This document shows positions 8,787-20,363 of a DNA stretch of 64,000 bases, one piece after another. The position numbers and the translations under genes are program-made. The notes below the pieces were generated by a model, which was given only the letters and a program-made list of their open reading frames with translations, did no database searches and was not told where the DNA came from. The stretch's first letter is position 1; each line of letters starts with the position of its first letter. Source of the DNA: Candidatus Poribacteria bacterium (lineage in GTDB: Bacteria > Poribacteria > WGA-4E > WGA-3G); assembly GCA_963668035.1 (NCBI GenBank), contig OY764073.1, positions 4,814,653 to 4,878,652 on the forward strand, given 5' to 3'.

Positions 8787-9710
8787 ATGGATGTGCTATC
8801 GCTCGGTATTTATGTCGTTGATGTGCTTGGACGGACGATAGACCAATTTCCTGAGAAGGGCAAATTAGCACTTTTTGAGGAGCTCGAAATCCATACGGGA
8901 GGCTGTGCGAACAACACAGCACTTGCGCTCGCGCGTTTGGGTATCTCTGCGGGTGCGATGGGTAAAATCGGCACTGATGCTTTCGGTGATCTGATTCTGC
9001 AAACACTTACAGACAACGGCGTTGATATAACCGGCATGCGACAAGATGCCGAGGCTCGCACCTCATTTACATTTGTCGCGATTGCCTCCGATGGCGAACG
9101 GACTTTCTATCACTACATTGGGGCGAACGGTGAACTCTGTGAAGCGGACCTTAATTGGGACCTCATTAAAACCACCAAAATTTTGCACATCGCCGGCGCG
9201 CTCGTCATGCCACGCTTTGACGGTACCCCGATGGCAAACGTCCTCCGAGAAGCAAAACAATTGGGAATAACCACCGCCCTCGATACAGCGTATGATGCGA
9301 CCGGAAAGTGGATGGAGACGTTAGAGCCGTGTTTGCACCATGTAGATATCTTTATGCCAAGCATCGTTGAAGCACAACATCTCACCGGTAGGTCTGAATG
9401 CCGTGAAATCGCACAATTTTTGCGGAACAACTACAATATCCAAACCATCGCCATTAAAATGGGCGAAAATGGCAGTTACGTTTCCACACCAGAAACAGAA
9501 CTTTTTGTGCCTGCCTATTCGGTCAATGTCGTTGATGCAACGGGTGCAGGGGACGCTTATGCTGCTGGATTCCTCGCCGGAACGATTATGGGTTGGGACT
9601 TGCAAGCGACCGCGGAATTGGCATCCGCGACGGGTGCAGCATGTGTCACGGCTATCGGCACGACTGCAGGCATCCAGAATCTTGAAGAGACTTTGAAAAT
9701 TAGTCAGTAG
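8787..9710 (+). CDS. PfkB-family carbohydrate kinase
   Basis: GGCANNTALALARLG and the C-terminal VVDATGAGDAYAAGFLAG motif. Confidence 0.85.
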   Translation: MDVLSLGIYVVDVLGRTIDQFPEKGKLALFEELEIHTGGCANNTALALARLGISAGAMGKIGTDAFGDLILQTLTDNGVDITGMRQDAEARTSFTFVAIASDGERTFYHYIGANGELCEADLNWDLIKTTKILHIAGALVMPRFDGTPMANVLREAKQLGITTALDTAYDATGKWMETLEPCLHHVDIFMPSIVEAQHLTGRSECREIAQFLRNNYNIQTIAIKMGENGSYVSTPETELFVPAYSVNVVDATGAGDAYAAGFLAGTIMGWDLQATAELASATGAACVTAIGTTAGIQNLEETLKISQ

Positions 9711-9730
9711 GGGCTGGGTTACCCAGCCCC
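9710..9730 (+). terminator. stem-loop after the kinase gene (GGGGCTGGG-TTA-CCCAGCCCC)
   Basis: Perfect 9-bp GC-rich hairpin overlapping the stop codon. No T-tract follows. Confidence 0.4.
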
Positions 9731-9772
9731 TACCATATATGCTACAAAAGTAAAACAGAGAACTATAAAACT

Positions 9773-10735
9773 ATGAATGACACACCAATTGTTCAAACAG
9801 AAAACCTATCCAAATGGTATGGTGAAGTTATGGGGGTGAACGACGTAACGCTCACACTCCATCCCGGCATCATCGGCCTCCTGGGTCCAAACGGCGCGGG
9901 CAAAACAAGTTTAATCAAACTTATGACAGGGCAACTGAAACCGAACCAAGGGAATATCCGCGTGCTAAACCAACCGGTATGGAATAACCCTGGGTTGACT
10001 CGGCGGGTAGGCTATTGTCCGGACATAGAATTGGCATATCAATTCATGAGTGGACTTGAGTTTATCACCTTTTTCGCCACGTTGAGTGGATACGATGCAC
10101 CAGAGGTGGAAGCCCGGAGCCTACACGTCTTGGAGACGGTGGACATGCTATCTGCCAAGGACCGACCTATCGGTTCTTATAGCAAAGGGATGCGGCAGCG
10201 TATCAAACTCGCGCAGGCGTTAGTCCATGATCCAGAACTCCTCTTTCTTGACGAACCGCTCACGGGTTTAGACCCGAACGGCAGACGGCATGTGATTGCG
10301 TTGCTGAAGGACCTTGCTGACAAAGGTATTAGCATCGTTGTTTCAAGTCATATCCTCTACGAGATTGAAGCACTTACAGAGACGATTCTGCTTATCCATC
10401 AAGGACGTATCCTTGCAGAGGGAACTATCTCCGACATCCGAGAGCTGATTGATGAACATCCGCATAAAGTCTACTTAAGCACCGATGAGCCGCGCCGTTT
10501 GGCACAAGTCTGTCTGCCGTTTCCAGACATCCTCAGCGTAACTTTTGTCAATAACGGTGACACTGTGAACGAAGCAGCGACAGACGCAGCGGGTGATATT
10601 ATTATCGAAACTGCCAAGCCTGATGCTTTCTATGCGCGGCTCCCTGAACTCCTCATCGAAAACGAATTGAATGTTTCCCAACTCTACTCTCCCGACGACA
10701 ATCTCTCCTCTGTGTTTAAATACTTGGTTGGATAG
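9773..10735 (+). CDS. ABC transporter ATP-binding protein
   Basis: Walker A GPNGAGKTS, signature YSKGMRQR, and Walker B LLFLDEP. Confidence 0.9.
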   Translation: MNDTPIVQTENLSKWYGEVMGVNDVTLTLHPGIIGLLGPNGAGKTSLIKLMTGQLKPNQGNIRVLNQPVWNNPGLTRRVGYCPDIELAYQFMSGLEFITFFATLSGYDAPEVEARSLHVLETVDMLSAKDRPIGSYSKGMRQRIKLAQALVHDPELLFLDEPLTGLDPNGRRHVIALLKDLADKGISIVVSSHILYEIEALTETILLIHQGRILAEGTISDIRELIDEHPHKVYLSTDEPRRLAQVCLPFPDILSVTFVNNGDTVNEAATDAAGDIIIETAKPDAFYARLPELLIENELNVSQLYSPDDNLSSVFKYLVG

Positions 10736-10969
10736 CTGCCGCCTCTCACGGAAGCGGCTGCTAACTGCCAAACCGCCCTATTCACACTATCCACAAAATT
10801 TTTCCTTCCGGATGCCCCATATTGTGCAACACAAAGCAAAAATTGCCCATTTTTGTGCAGGTTAGTCCGTCTATAAAGGTCAGTCATCTGATATATGGCA
10901 AAGTTTACAATTGGCATCATATTTGCTACTATCCTCAGCAACTGGAAAATCAGATGGGAGGTCAAACCG

Positions 10970-13534
10970 ATGAAAAAGACGCAATTTCAACACACGCCGG
11001 CAAGAAGTTTTACTTCACGCCGCACACATCTGCTTATTGTAACGCTTTTAACGGTGTTTGTAGTTTCACCCCTATTTTTACCGGATGCTTTCGCCCAAAA
11101 TTACGCGCAATGGGGTTTACCGGAAGGGGCTAAGGCGCGCCTCGGTAAAGGATACGCAGGTAGCTTACAGTTTTCCACCGATGGAAATCGCCTGATGGTA
11201 GAGAATACTGTTGGGATTTGGGTCTATGATGCACACAGCGGGGCAGAACTGGATTTAATCACAGGAGATGTATCAGACAGTATCGCTTTGAGTCCGGATG
11301 GTAGCATCGCTGCCGGTTGGGGTCAGGACGAGCAGGTAATCCTATGGCACACTTCCGACAGTAAAAATAGAGTGTCCCTTAAAGGGGATACATCAAAGGT
11401 TGACAGGATCGCCTTTAGTCCGGATGGTCAGACAGTTGCCGGGGGGACTTGGAACGACGAGGTAATGCTATGGAACGTCGACACTGGTGCCCGCAAGGCA
11501 ACGCTTCTCGGCCATACACACGGCATAAGTTCAATTGCCTTTAGTCCGGATGGTAGGACACTGGCAAGTGGCAGTTGGGACAAGACAATCCGCTTATGGG
11601 ATGTTACCACTCATACACATCAAGCTACGCTCACTGAACATACCAAAGCCGTCTCTAGGGTTGCGTTCAGTCCGGATGGCAATACCTTTGTGAGTTCCAG
11701 TTCCAACGAGGATAAAGTGATCCTATGGGATGCCGTCACTTGGCAACAAAAAGCAGCTTTTAATATCGATATCAACTGTTTCGCTGTCAGTCCGGACAGC
11801 AGCACCCTTGCGACTGGAAGTTGGCACGGCGGCGAATTGCTTCTATGGGATGTCGCGACGGGAAAACGTAGGATGGCACTTGTGGGACATCTGTCACGTA
11901 TTGGTTCCGTTACATTCAGTCCAGACGGTAAAACCCTCGCAAGTGAGGGTGATAGCGATTTCTATCTATGGGACATTGCCACTGGGGTGCGCAAATTAGC
12001 CATTACCGGGCACACAGAGAGCGTTTTCACAATTGCGTTCAGTCCGGATGGTAGGACGCTTGCAAGCGGGGGGTACGAAAAAATCCTTCTATGGGATACC
12101 CACACGGCTAAACAGGAGGCGATGCTGTTTGTCGGGGACTGGGCAAGTAACGCAAGTTTGACTTTCAGTCCGGATGGTAGGACACTTGCCAGTGAGGCGA
12201 GTGGACTGATTCATCTGTGGGACGTTAGAAACCGTGCACACAACGCAACTATCAAAAAATATGGCGGGGGCAGCGGTGGTTATATCAGATACGCTTCAAT
12301 CGCCTTCAGTCCGGATGGCAAATTCCTTGCCAGTAGTGAGACCGGCAGTAGGTCAGTGCATCTGTGGTATGCAGGACGCACCTATAAAACGGGACTTACT
12401 GGACATAAAGGTAGGGTCACTTCAGTAGCCTTCAGTCCCGATAGTCGAACACTTGCAAGTGGCAGTGAGGATAAAACAATCATTTTATGGGATGTTGCGA
12501 CTGATGCCAATAAAGCAACTTTCATTGGACATACGGATACCGTCTTGAATGTTGCATTTAGTCCTGATATGAGTCTCCTTGCGAGCAGTAGTCAAGACAG
12601 CATGATAATTCTATGGGATGTTGCCACCGGCGAACCGAAAACCACACTTGTTGCACAGACGACTTACGGTGTCAATGAAATCGCGTTTAGTCCGGATGGT
12701 CAAACGCTCGCGAGTTGTGGAGATCGGGACAATAATCCAGTCCAACTTTGGGATGTTGCCACCGGCGAACCGAAAGCTACCTTCTTCGCCCATCCTTACG
12801 GTGCCAGTGATATTGCCTTCAGTCCGGACGGTCAAACGCTTGCAAGCAGCAGTTGGGACGGCACAATACTCTTGTGGGATTTGGCACCAGAAACAGCTGT
12901 TGAGCCCCAACCCACACATCTTGTTGAGGATGCGAACCGTGACGGTACTGTAGACCTCCAAGATTTGGTTTTCGTCGCCGGGCAATTCGGACAGGCTGGA
13001 ACAGAGAACGCTGCGGATATTAATAGAGACGGTGTTGTTGACATAGCAGACCTTCTGCTGGTTGCCAGTGCCCTTGAGGTCGGCAACGGCGCGCCATCTG
13101 CGTATTCGAGATCGCTGGTATCGCTTACGGCTGATGAAGTAGAGCAGTGGTTAGCACATACACATCAGATTGATAACATAACACCGGTCTTCCAGAGAGG
13201 CATTGCCGTTCTTGAAACTCTCGTAGCTCTGCTGACCCCGAAAAAGACGGTGCTACTGCCCAACTACCCAAACCCGTTCAATCCAGAGACATGGATACCG
13301 TATCAGTTAGCAGAAACAGCAGACGTGACAATTCGCATCTATGCTGCAGGCGGAGAATTAGTTCGGACATTGGCATTAGGGAACCGACCCGCAGGGCTTT
13401 ATCAAAGTCGTAGCCGTTCCGCATATTGGGATGGTAAAAATGCGCTTGGTGAACCTGTCGCAAGTGGTATCTATTTCTGCACATTGTCGGCAGGTAAGTT
13501 CACAGCGACACGGCGGATGGTCATACGGAAATAA
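10970..13534 (+). CDS. secreted WD40-repeat protein with dockerin-like repeats and a C-terminal sorting-like (T9SS/FlgD-Ig-like) domain
   Basis: ATG 10970 follows GGGAGG. Signal-like N-terminus, more than 14 FSPDG...LWD WD40 units, DANRDGTVDLQDL/DINRDGVVDIADL, and LLPNYPNPFNPETWIPYQL...SGIYFCTL. Confidence 0.8.
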   Translation: MKKTQFQHTPARSFTSRRTHLLIVTLLTVFVVSPLFLPDAFAQNYAQWGLPEGAKARLGKGYAGSLQFSTDGNRLMVENTVGIWVYDAHSGAELDLITGDVSDSIALSPDGSIAAGWGQDEQVILWHTSDSKNRVSLKGDTSKVDRIAFSPDGQTVAGGTWNDEVMLWNVDTGARKATLLGHTHGISSIAFSPDGRTLASGSWDKTIRLWDVTTHTHQATLTEHTKAVSRVAFSPDGNTFVSSSSNEDKVILWDAVTWQQKAAFNIDINCFAVSPDSSTLATGSWHGGELLLWDVATGKRRMALVGHLSRIGSVTFSPDGKTLASEGDSDFYLWDIATGVRKLAITGHTESVFTIAFSPDGRTLASGGYEKILLWDTHTAKQEAMLFVGDWASNASLTFSPDGRTLASEASGLIHLWDVRNRAHNATIKKYGGGSGGYIRYASIAFSPDGKFLASSETGSRSVHLWYAGRTYKTGLTGHKGRVTSVAFSPDSRTLASGSEDKTIILWDVATDANKATFIGHTDTVLNVAFSPDMSLLASSSQDSMIILWDVATGEPKTTLVAQTTYGVNEIAFSPDGQTLASCGDRDNNPVQLWDVATGEPKATFFAHPYGASDIAFSPDGQTLASSSWDGTILLWDLAPETAVEPQPTHLVEDANRDGTVDLQDLVFVAGQFGQAGTENAADINRDGVVDIADLLLVASALEVGNGAPSAYSRSLVSLTADEVEQWLAHTHQIDNITPVFQRGIAVLETLVALLTPKKTVLLPNYPNPFNPETWIPYQLAETADVTIRIYAAGGELVRTLALGNRPAGLYQSRSRSAYWDGKNALGEPVASGIYFCTLSAGKFTATRRMVIRK

Positions 13535-13569
13535 GAAGAATAAGAACCGTTGAACAGGAGACCGAACCG

Positions 13570-16110
13570 ATGAAAACGATGCAATTTTCGATGTTAATGC
13601 TACTTCTGGTTTCTATCTTTGTCCCACTGAATGCGCCTGCTGAGGATTACACAGAGTGGGGTTTACCTGAGGGTGCTACAAGGAGACTCGGAAAAGGTTC
13701 GCTGTACGGTAATATAACCTTTTCACCTGACAGTACCCTACTTGCTGTTTCGACATCCATAGGGATTTGGCTGTACGATGGGTACACTGGCAAAGAACGC
13801 AACCTGTTGACAAGGCATACTGGAGACGTTTCAAGTGTGGCGTTCAGTCCGGATGGAAAGACGATCGTAAGTAGCAGTTCTGCGGAATTTTATCTGTGGG
13901 ATGTCGCGAGCGGTACACACAAAGTTACGCTCACAGGACACGATGCCGACATCTCAAGCGTAGCCTTCAGTCCTGATGGAAAAACAATCGCAACTGCCGG
14001 AGAGGAAAAGGAAGGTTTGCTCCGGCTCTGGGACGTTGCTACCGGCACGCTCAAAGCGACACTCACAGGACATACGGATGGTATTTTAAGTGTGGCGTTC
14101 AGTCCCGATGGAAAAACGATCGCGAGCGGTGGAGATTCGCGGGACAAGACGATCCGGCTTTGGGATGTTGCTACCGGCACGCTCAAAGCGACACTCATCG
14201 GGCACAGCAGCGAGGTTGAAAGTATCGCGTTTAGTCCAGATGGCAAAACACTTGCCAGTTGTGGCGGTTGGGGAGATGAGAAGGTGTGGCTATGGGATGT
14301 TAGCAGTGGTGAACGGAGAACGACCCTCATCGGACATGTAGACGGGGTCCGTAGTGTGGCGTTCAGTCCTGATGGCAAAACCCTTGCGAGCGGCAGTTGG
14401 GACGGCACGGTGTGTTTATGGGACGTTGCCAGTGCCGCGTATAAGACCACGCTTTTAGGACATCGGGAGCGTGTTCGCGCTGTGGCGTTCAGTCCTGATG
14501 GCAAAACCCTTGCAAGTGGCAGTTGGGATGGTACGGTGCAGCTGTGGGATACTGGAAGTTTCGCGCATCGCGCGACCATCGCTGATCACCCGACAGGTTT
14601 CCGAGGTATCGCGTTCGGTCCAGACAGTCAAACGCTTGTGAGCGGCAGTTGGGATCGCACCGTCCGACTATGGGATACCACTACTGGTCATAATAGAACG
14701 ACATTTATTGGTCACACAAGTCCGGTAGAATCGGTTGCTTTCAGTTCGGATGGTAGAACCGTTGCCAGTAGCGGTGGCTTCAGTGTCATCAACAGCTGGT
14801 TCGTAGATGATTATACGGTAAGGTTATGGGACGCTGTTACCGGCAGACATAAAATGACACTTATCGGCCATAAATACCGTATCAATGATACAGCGTTTAG
14901 TCCAGATGGTCGCATCCTTGCCAGCTGCGGCGGACGTGACGACAAAATGGTGTCTCTGTGGGATACTGTTACAGGCGACCACTTAGCAACCTTGGTAGGT
15001 CATAAAGAGGATATATATAGTGTCGCGTTTAGCCCGGATGGCAAAACCCTTGCAAGCGGTGGTGGCTCAGAAATACGTTTATGGGATGTTACCAATGGAC
15101 AGCAGAAAGTAATAGGGGTTGGGTTACCCAACCCCAACCATACGAACGCGGTCTTGACACTTGCGTTTAGTCCGGACGGAAAGACCCTTGCCAGCGGTGG
15201 CAGGGATCGGGATGTGCACTTGTGGGATGTTGCTACCGGCGCGCACAAAATCGCCCTTACAGGACATACCGACAGAATCAATAGTGTCGCTTTCAGTCCG
15301 GATGGTAAGACGCTTGCAAGTGGTGGTGGTTGGGATGACAGAACAGTGCGTTTATGGGACCCTATACGTGGGGAACTGAAAGCGACCCACACAGTGTATG
15401 CTGGGGCAATAATGAGTCTGGCGTTCAGTCCCGATGGCAGCACACTCGCTATTGCCAGTGATGGTGGGATAATACTCCTATGGAGTCTCGGTCCCACAGT
15501 GGCACCGCCGCCGTTGCAGGCAGATGTGAACGGTGACGGCATTGAAGATGTGCATGATTTGGTGCTTGTTGCCGAAAACTTCGGACAGACGGGTCCAAAC
15601 GCTGCGGATGTAAACGGCGATGGTGTTGTTGATATCGCAGACCTTATCGAAGTCGCGGCAGCACTCGGTAACGCGGCAGCCGCGCCATCTATTGCGATGC
15701 TTAACGCAAAAGATGTGCAACACTGGCTTACACAAGCCCGGCACCTAAACCGGATGGATATAACCGCACAAAGTGGTATCCATTTCCTTGAACAGTTATT
15801 GATAGCGTTAGTGCCGACAGAGACGGTACTGTTGCCGAATTATCCAAACCCATTCAACCCGGAGACGTGGATACCGTATCAGTTGGCAAAACCTGCGAAT
15901 GTCAGCATATCCATCTATGCCGCCGATGGAAAACTTATTCGGATGTTGGTGTTAGGGTATCAACCTGTGGGTATCTATGAATCTCGGAACAGCGCGGCGT
16001 ATTGGGATGGAAAAAATGAACTCGGTGAACCTGTCGCCAGCGGTGTCTACTTCTACACGTTAACCGCGGGGGATTTTACGGCGACGCGAAAAATGTTAAT
16101 CCGAAAGTAA
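13570..16110 (+). CDS. secreted WD40-repeat protein, tandem paralogue with dockerin-like repeats and the same C-terminal domain
   Basis: Signal peptide, repeated FSPDGKT.ASG...RLWDV units, DVNGDGIEDVHDL/DVNGDGVVDIADL, and LLPNYPNPFNPETWIPYQL...SGVYFYTL. Confidence 0.8.
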   Translation: MKTMQFSMLMLLLVSIFVPLNAPAEDYTEWGLPEGATRRLGKGSLYGNITFSPDSTLLAVSTSIGIWLYDGYTGKERNLLTRHTGDVSSVAFSPDGKTIVSSSSAEFYLWDVASGTHKVTLTGHDADISSVAFSPDGKTIATAGEEKEGLLRLWDVATGTLKATLTGHTDGILSVAFSPDGKTIASGGDSRDKTIRLWDVATGTLKATLIGHSSEVESIAFSPDGKTLASCGGWGDEKVWLWDVSSGERRTTLIGHVDGVRSVAFSPDGKTLASGSWDGTVCLWDVASAAYKTTLLGHRERVRAVAFSPDGKTLASGSWDGTVQLWDTGSFAHRATIADHPTGFRGIAFGPDSQTLVSGSWDRTVRLWDTTTGHNRTTFIGHTSPVESVAFSSDGRTVASSGGFSVINSWFVDDYTVRLWDAVTGRHKMTLIGHKYRINDTAFSPDGRILASCGGRDDKMVSLWDTVTGDHLATLVGHKEDIYSVAFSPDGKTLASGGGSEIRLWDVTNGQQKVIGVGLPNPNHTNAVLTLAFSPDGKTLASGGRDRDVHLWDVATGAHKIALTGHTDRINSVAFSPDGKTLASGGGWDDRTVRLWDPIRGELKATHTVYAGAIMSLAFSPDGSTLAIASDGGIILLWSLGPTVAPPPLQADVNGDGIEDVHDLVLVAENFGQTGPNAADVNGDGVVDIADLIEVAAALGNAAAAPSIAMLNAKDVQHWLTQARHLNRMDITAQSGIHFLEQLLIALVPTETVLLPNYPNPFNPETWIPYQLAKPANVSISIYAADGKLIRMLVLGYQPVGIYESRNSAAYWDGKNELGEPVASGVYFYTLTAGDFTATRKMLIRK

Positions 16111-16121
16111 TTTGCTTCGTA

Positions 16122-16142
16122 AGGCAGGTCCCTGTGGCCTGC

Positions 16143-16144
<2 letters not shown>
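16122..16144. terminator. hairpin between convergent genes (AGGCAGG-N9-CCTGCCT)
   Basis: 7-bp stem between the WD40 gene stop (16110) and the tgt stop (16143). Confidence 0.35.
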
Positions 16145-17466
<1,322 letters not shown>

Positions 17467-17472
17467 TATTCC

Positions 17473-19962
17473 TCAATGGATGATCTTCGCGTTGAGAACA
17501 GGACTATCCTGTACAAACGGTTTACCGTTGATGGTTGCTGCCCCCCGGAATTTGAACTGATAGGTCTTGTCTTCTAAAGAGCCCAGAACTTTCAGTGGCA
17601 CCTTGACCTCAGTTTCATTTACTGGAATAGTGACAGTTTCCGTGGTGAACCCGTCAGGTAAATCAAGGGGTGTCAGCGTGACCGTATCCGTAAAGCCGCC
17701 TTGTCGGACTATTGTTAGCGTGAGGATCGCCTCTTTTGTCACTGGCGTTTCGGTTTCCGCCTCAAGAGAAGACTCGGTATCTGTGGTCGGGTTTGCTGCA
17801 ATCGCTACTGTCTCCCCTTGTGGAACTGCAGTTGCGTCTGCCGCCGCAGCGACTGTTGCGGGAAAGACGATGCTAAAGCGCAAAGGTTCTACCGTCACAA
17901 TGAAGGGGGCTTCCAGAATCGTCAACGGAATAGCAGCGGTTGACTGACTAAAACCTGTCCTATCGATCGTCGCTGTGCCGATAACCGATATATAGTTGAT
18001 ACCCGGCACGGGCACAACAGAGAATTGCTCTCTGCGTTCAAAACTTCCGGCTCTCACCGAGAGAACCGCCGCGTCTTTACCTGCGGCAATCGTAACAGGT
18101 TGTGCGCTTACTCGAGGCGGTAAACCCACCACCGAGAGTGCGATGGGACCGGTGAAGTCGTCGCGCCGATTCGCTGTCACATGGAGGGTGGTTGTTTTAT
18201 TATGTGTGACGCTTGTGCTAATTTCGGCGAGTGTCAGCGTGTATGCCGGTGCGTCCATTACAGTCAATAGCATTGGTGTAGCGGTGCGCTGGACCTGACG
18301 ACTACCAACCGCACTCACACCGGCGATGGAGAACGGCATCAGACCGACGGGCGCGTCCCACGGGGCAGTTACTGTGAGTAAAGCCTTGTTTTGGCCAGTC
18401 TCAACAACAGCAGGACTTACCTGAAATGTTTTCGGTAGGGTCGGGCAGTGTAAGCGGATGGGTCCGCTGAGTCTATCCAGACGGTTAACGTTAACCTGCA
18501 TTGTGAAAGTGCCACCCCGACTGACGCGCGGGCTATCCAACCCGGACGGACGGTTCTGGCTGTCCAACACGACTGCACTCAACGTGAAGTCTGGTGCCAA
18601 CGGACGGATGTTTAAACGGTAGGCATACGCACCCCCGCCTTGGTCGTTCAGATCCCGAATGGCGACAGAATACTTTCCTGCTTCGGTGAAATTCCAGTCA
18701 ATGCGGGCATCAGTACCCCTGGCATCGTCGTTGACCATCAACACCTGTTCTTTCGCGGCATCGTCTTTTGGCATCTCTTGTTTCTGTGCGCCATAGAGCG
18801 TAAGGAGCGCATCCAGCTGCGAGGATAACCGAAGAGCTTCCACCTCAAAAACGAGAAGCTGCGGTGCTTTTATCTCAAACGAGAACCGATCGACATCACC
18901 TGCTTTGTCAATTTTACCGTTGATTGTTACAGGTGTGTTCACAGCGTTGGCTTTTCCGATCACATCGTTAGGTTCCGTTTCTCCCATTTCAGCCAAACTT
19001 CCGATGGAGAAGGCGTGTGGATTGCTTGTCAGCCCAGAAGGTGTCTTTACCCTGAGCGTCTGTTGACCCGGCGGCGTTTCGGCATCTATTGAGACCTGTA
19101 TAGCGTTCACAGTTTCAAGGTTCGCGCCGGTTACGGCAATCGTATTATCCGTGCCACGTCGCCCACCGAGCGGAAAAATTGTCTCAAGGTAGGGTAATTC
19201 ACCGACACTTAACCGATAGCGAAACCCGTTTCCACCTTTGTAGCGGATATCGCGGATATGGAGTGTGTATTTCCCCGCTTCAGGTGCTGTATAATTGAGG
19301 AGCGAATCCAATCCGTTGCCCTGCCCGCTCTTTGCGACTTCAGCCCCATTAGCGTCTTGGAGGACGAGGTACGAATCCAGAGGCGATCCAATCCGTTGCG
19401 CCATCACTTCACAGATAAGTTTCGCGTCTTTTTTAAGGTTAAAACTGAAACTGTCTTGATCATCAATAGATGTGATTTCACCATTTACGGTAATTGGCAG
19501 CTCCAGCCAATTTGACATTTCAGTCTCTTCGGCCGCTTCATTTTCATTTATTTCCGGTAGGTTACCGACAACGAAGTTTTGTGCGTTGGAAACACCATAA
19601 GGGGTAACAATACGCATCTGCTGGATACCTAACGGAGCATTCGGGTCAATCGTTAGAGAGGCGATCAACTGCATATCGGTAGGAATACGCCCAGAGATTC
19701 CAGCACCATTGAAGAGGACAGCTGCGTGCTGCGTTTGCTGCCTAATTTCCGCGGTAATACCGGTGCCACTGAACCACACGGCTGTCGCCGTGTCAAGATT
19801 CTTGCCTTTAAGGGTAACCTCTACATTCTGTCCCTGTTGCGCACCTTGCGGAGAGATAGTGGATAGTGCTGGCACAACTTGCGCGTGTGCGAGCCCAATT
19901 GACACAAGAAAGATTAACAGGGAGAGAAAGGACTGTTTGGTTGGAAGATGGAGAGAATACAA
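17473..19962 (-). CDS. secreted multi-domain protein with repeated pre-peptidase C-terminal (PPC)-like and Ig-like domains
   Basis: Signal peptide ...IGLAHAQ, and PPC-like DSFSFNLKKD...GSPLDSYLVLQDANG...YRLSV occurring twice. The maximal ORF starts at TTG 19980, but GAGGAGG there looks like the RBS for the TTG at 19962. Confidence 0.7.
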   Translation of the reverse strand: MYSLHLPTKQSFLSLLIFLVSIGLAHAQVVPALSTISPQGAQQGQNVEVTLKGKNLDTATAVWFSGTGITAEIRQQTQHAAVLFNGAGISGRIPTDMQLIASLTIDPNAPLGIQQMRIVTPYGVSNAQNFVVGNLPEINENEAAEETEMSNWLELPITVNGEITSIDDQDSFSFNLKKDAKLICEVMAQRIGSPLDSYLVLQDANGAEVAKSGQGNGLDSLLNYTAPEAGKYTLHIRDIRYKGGNGFRYRLSVGELPYLETIFPLGGRRGTDNTIAVTGANLETVNAIQVSIDAETPPGQQTLRVKTPSGLTSNPHAFSIGSLAEMGETEPNDVIGKANAVNTPVTINGKIDKAGDVDRFSFEIKAPQLLVFEVEALRLSSQLDALLTLYGAQKQEMPKDDAAKEQVLMVNDDARGTDARIDWNFTEAGKYSVAIRDLNDQGGGAYAYRLNIRPLAPDFTLSAVVLDSQNRPSGLDSPRVSRGGTFTMQVNVNRLDRLSGPIRLHCPTLPKTFQVSPAVVETGQNKALLTVTAPWDAPVGLMPFSIAGVSAVGSRQVQRTATPMLLTVMDAPAYTLTLAEISTSVTHNKTTTLHVTANRRDDFTGPIALSVVGLPPRVSAQPVTIAAGKDAAVLSVRAGSFERREQFSVVPVPGINYISVIGTATIDRTGFSQSTAAIPLTILEAPFIVTVEPLRFSIVFPATVAAAADATAVPQGETVAIAANPTTDTESSLEAETETPVTKEAILTLTIVRQGGFTDTVTLTPLDLPDGFTTETVTIPVNETEVKVPLKVLGSLEDKTYQFKFRGAATINGKPFVQDSPVLNAKIIH

Positions 19963-20141
19963 ACTAACTCGCCTCCTCAATTTCCGAAGCCGTAGTCCCC
20001 AAATCTAAAGGGTTGCGGGGTGCTTCATCAGGGGAACCTCGGTTGATAGTGAGGCGATTCTGCGGCGTAACCGCCCATAAGCGACGTGCATTATCGCCTC
20101 TGTGCTGAAGTCCTATTATTAACCTAAGTTGCCACCTATTG

Positions 20142-20216
20142 ATAGACATAGCACTCCTACGGAGTGCGGTCGCTTAGATACACCGTTTCTATAGACATAT
20201 CACCCCTACGGGGTGA
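20142..20216. repeat. two copies of a 26-nt motif, each containing a 7-bp hairpin (ATAGACATAGCACTCCTACGGAGTGC / ATAGACATATCACCCCTACGGGGTGA)
   Basis: Copies at 20142-20167 and 20191-20216 in a 355-nt non-coding spacer. The stems differ by compensatory changes. Confidence 0.6.
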
Positions 20217-20363
20217 GGAAAGTGCCTGACAAGTCTTGTGAAAACGTTAAAAACTTGTTGGTAGCAACTTGGGTTATTATTAAAGAGCAATCGGAGCTAT
20301 CAGCAAAAGGGTTTAGATGTACCAAACCGCTGTTGCTGATAGTTTCATTGCATGTCAGATCGT

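Noticed and set aside
13890-14579. A 229-aa antisense ORF, with similar ones at 15000-15542, 24935-25390 and 12611-12985.
   Set aside because: These are shadow ORFs opposite WD40 repeat genes. Their low-complexity S/P/L-rich translations mirror the repeat, and the sense strand has far stronger protein signatures.
11100-15500. Highly periodic nucleotide repeats (TTCAGTCCGGATGG... every ~125-130 nt) that superficially resemble a repeat-spacer array.
   Set aside because: They lie inside two long uninterrupted ORFs and encode the FSPDG core of successive WD40 blades. This is the periodicity of a protein repeat, not a CRISPR array.
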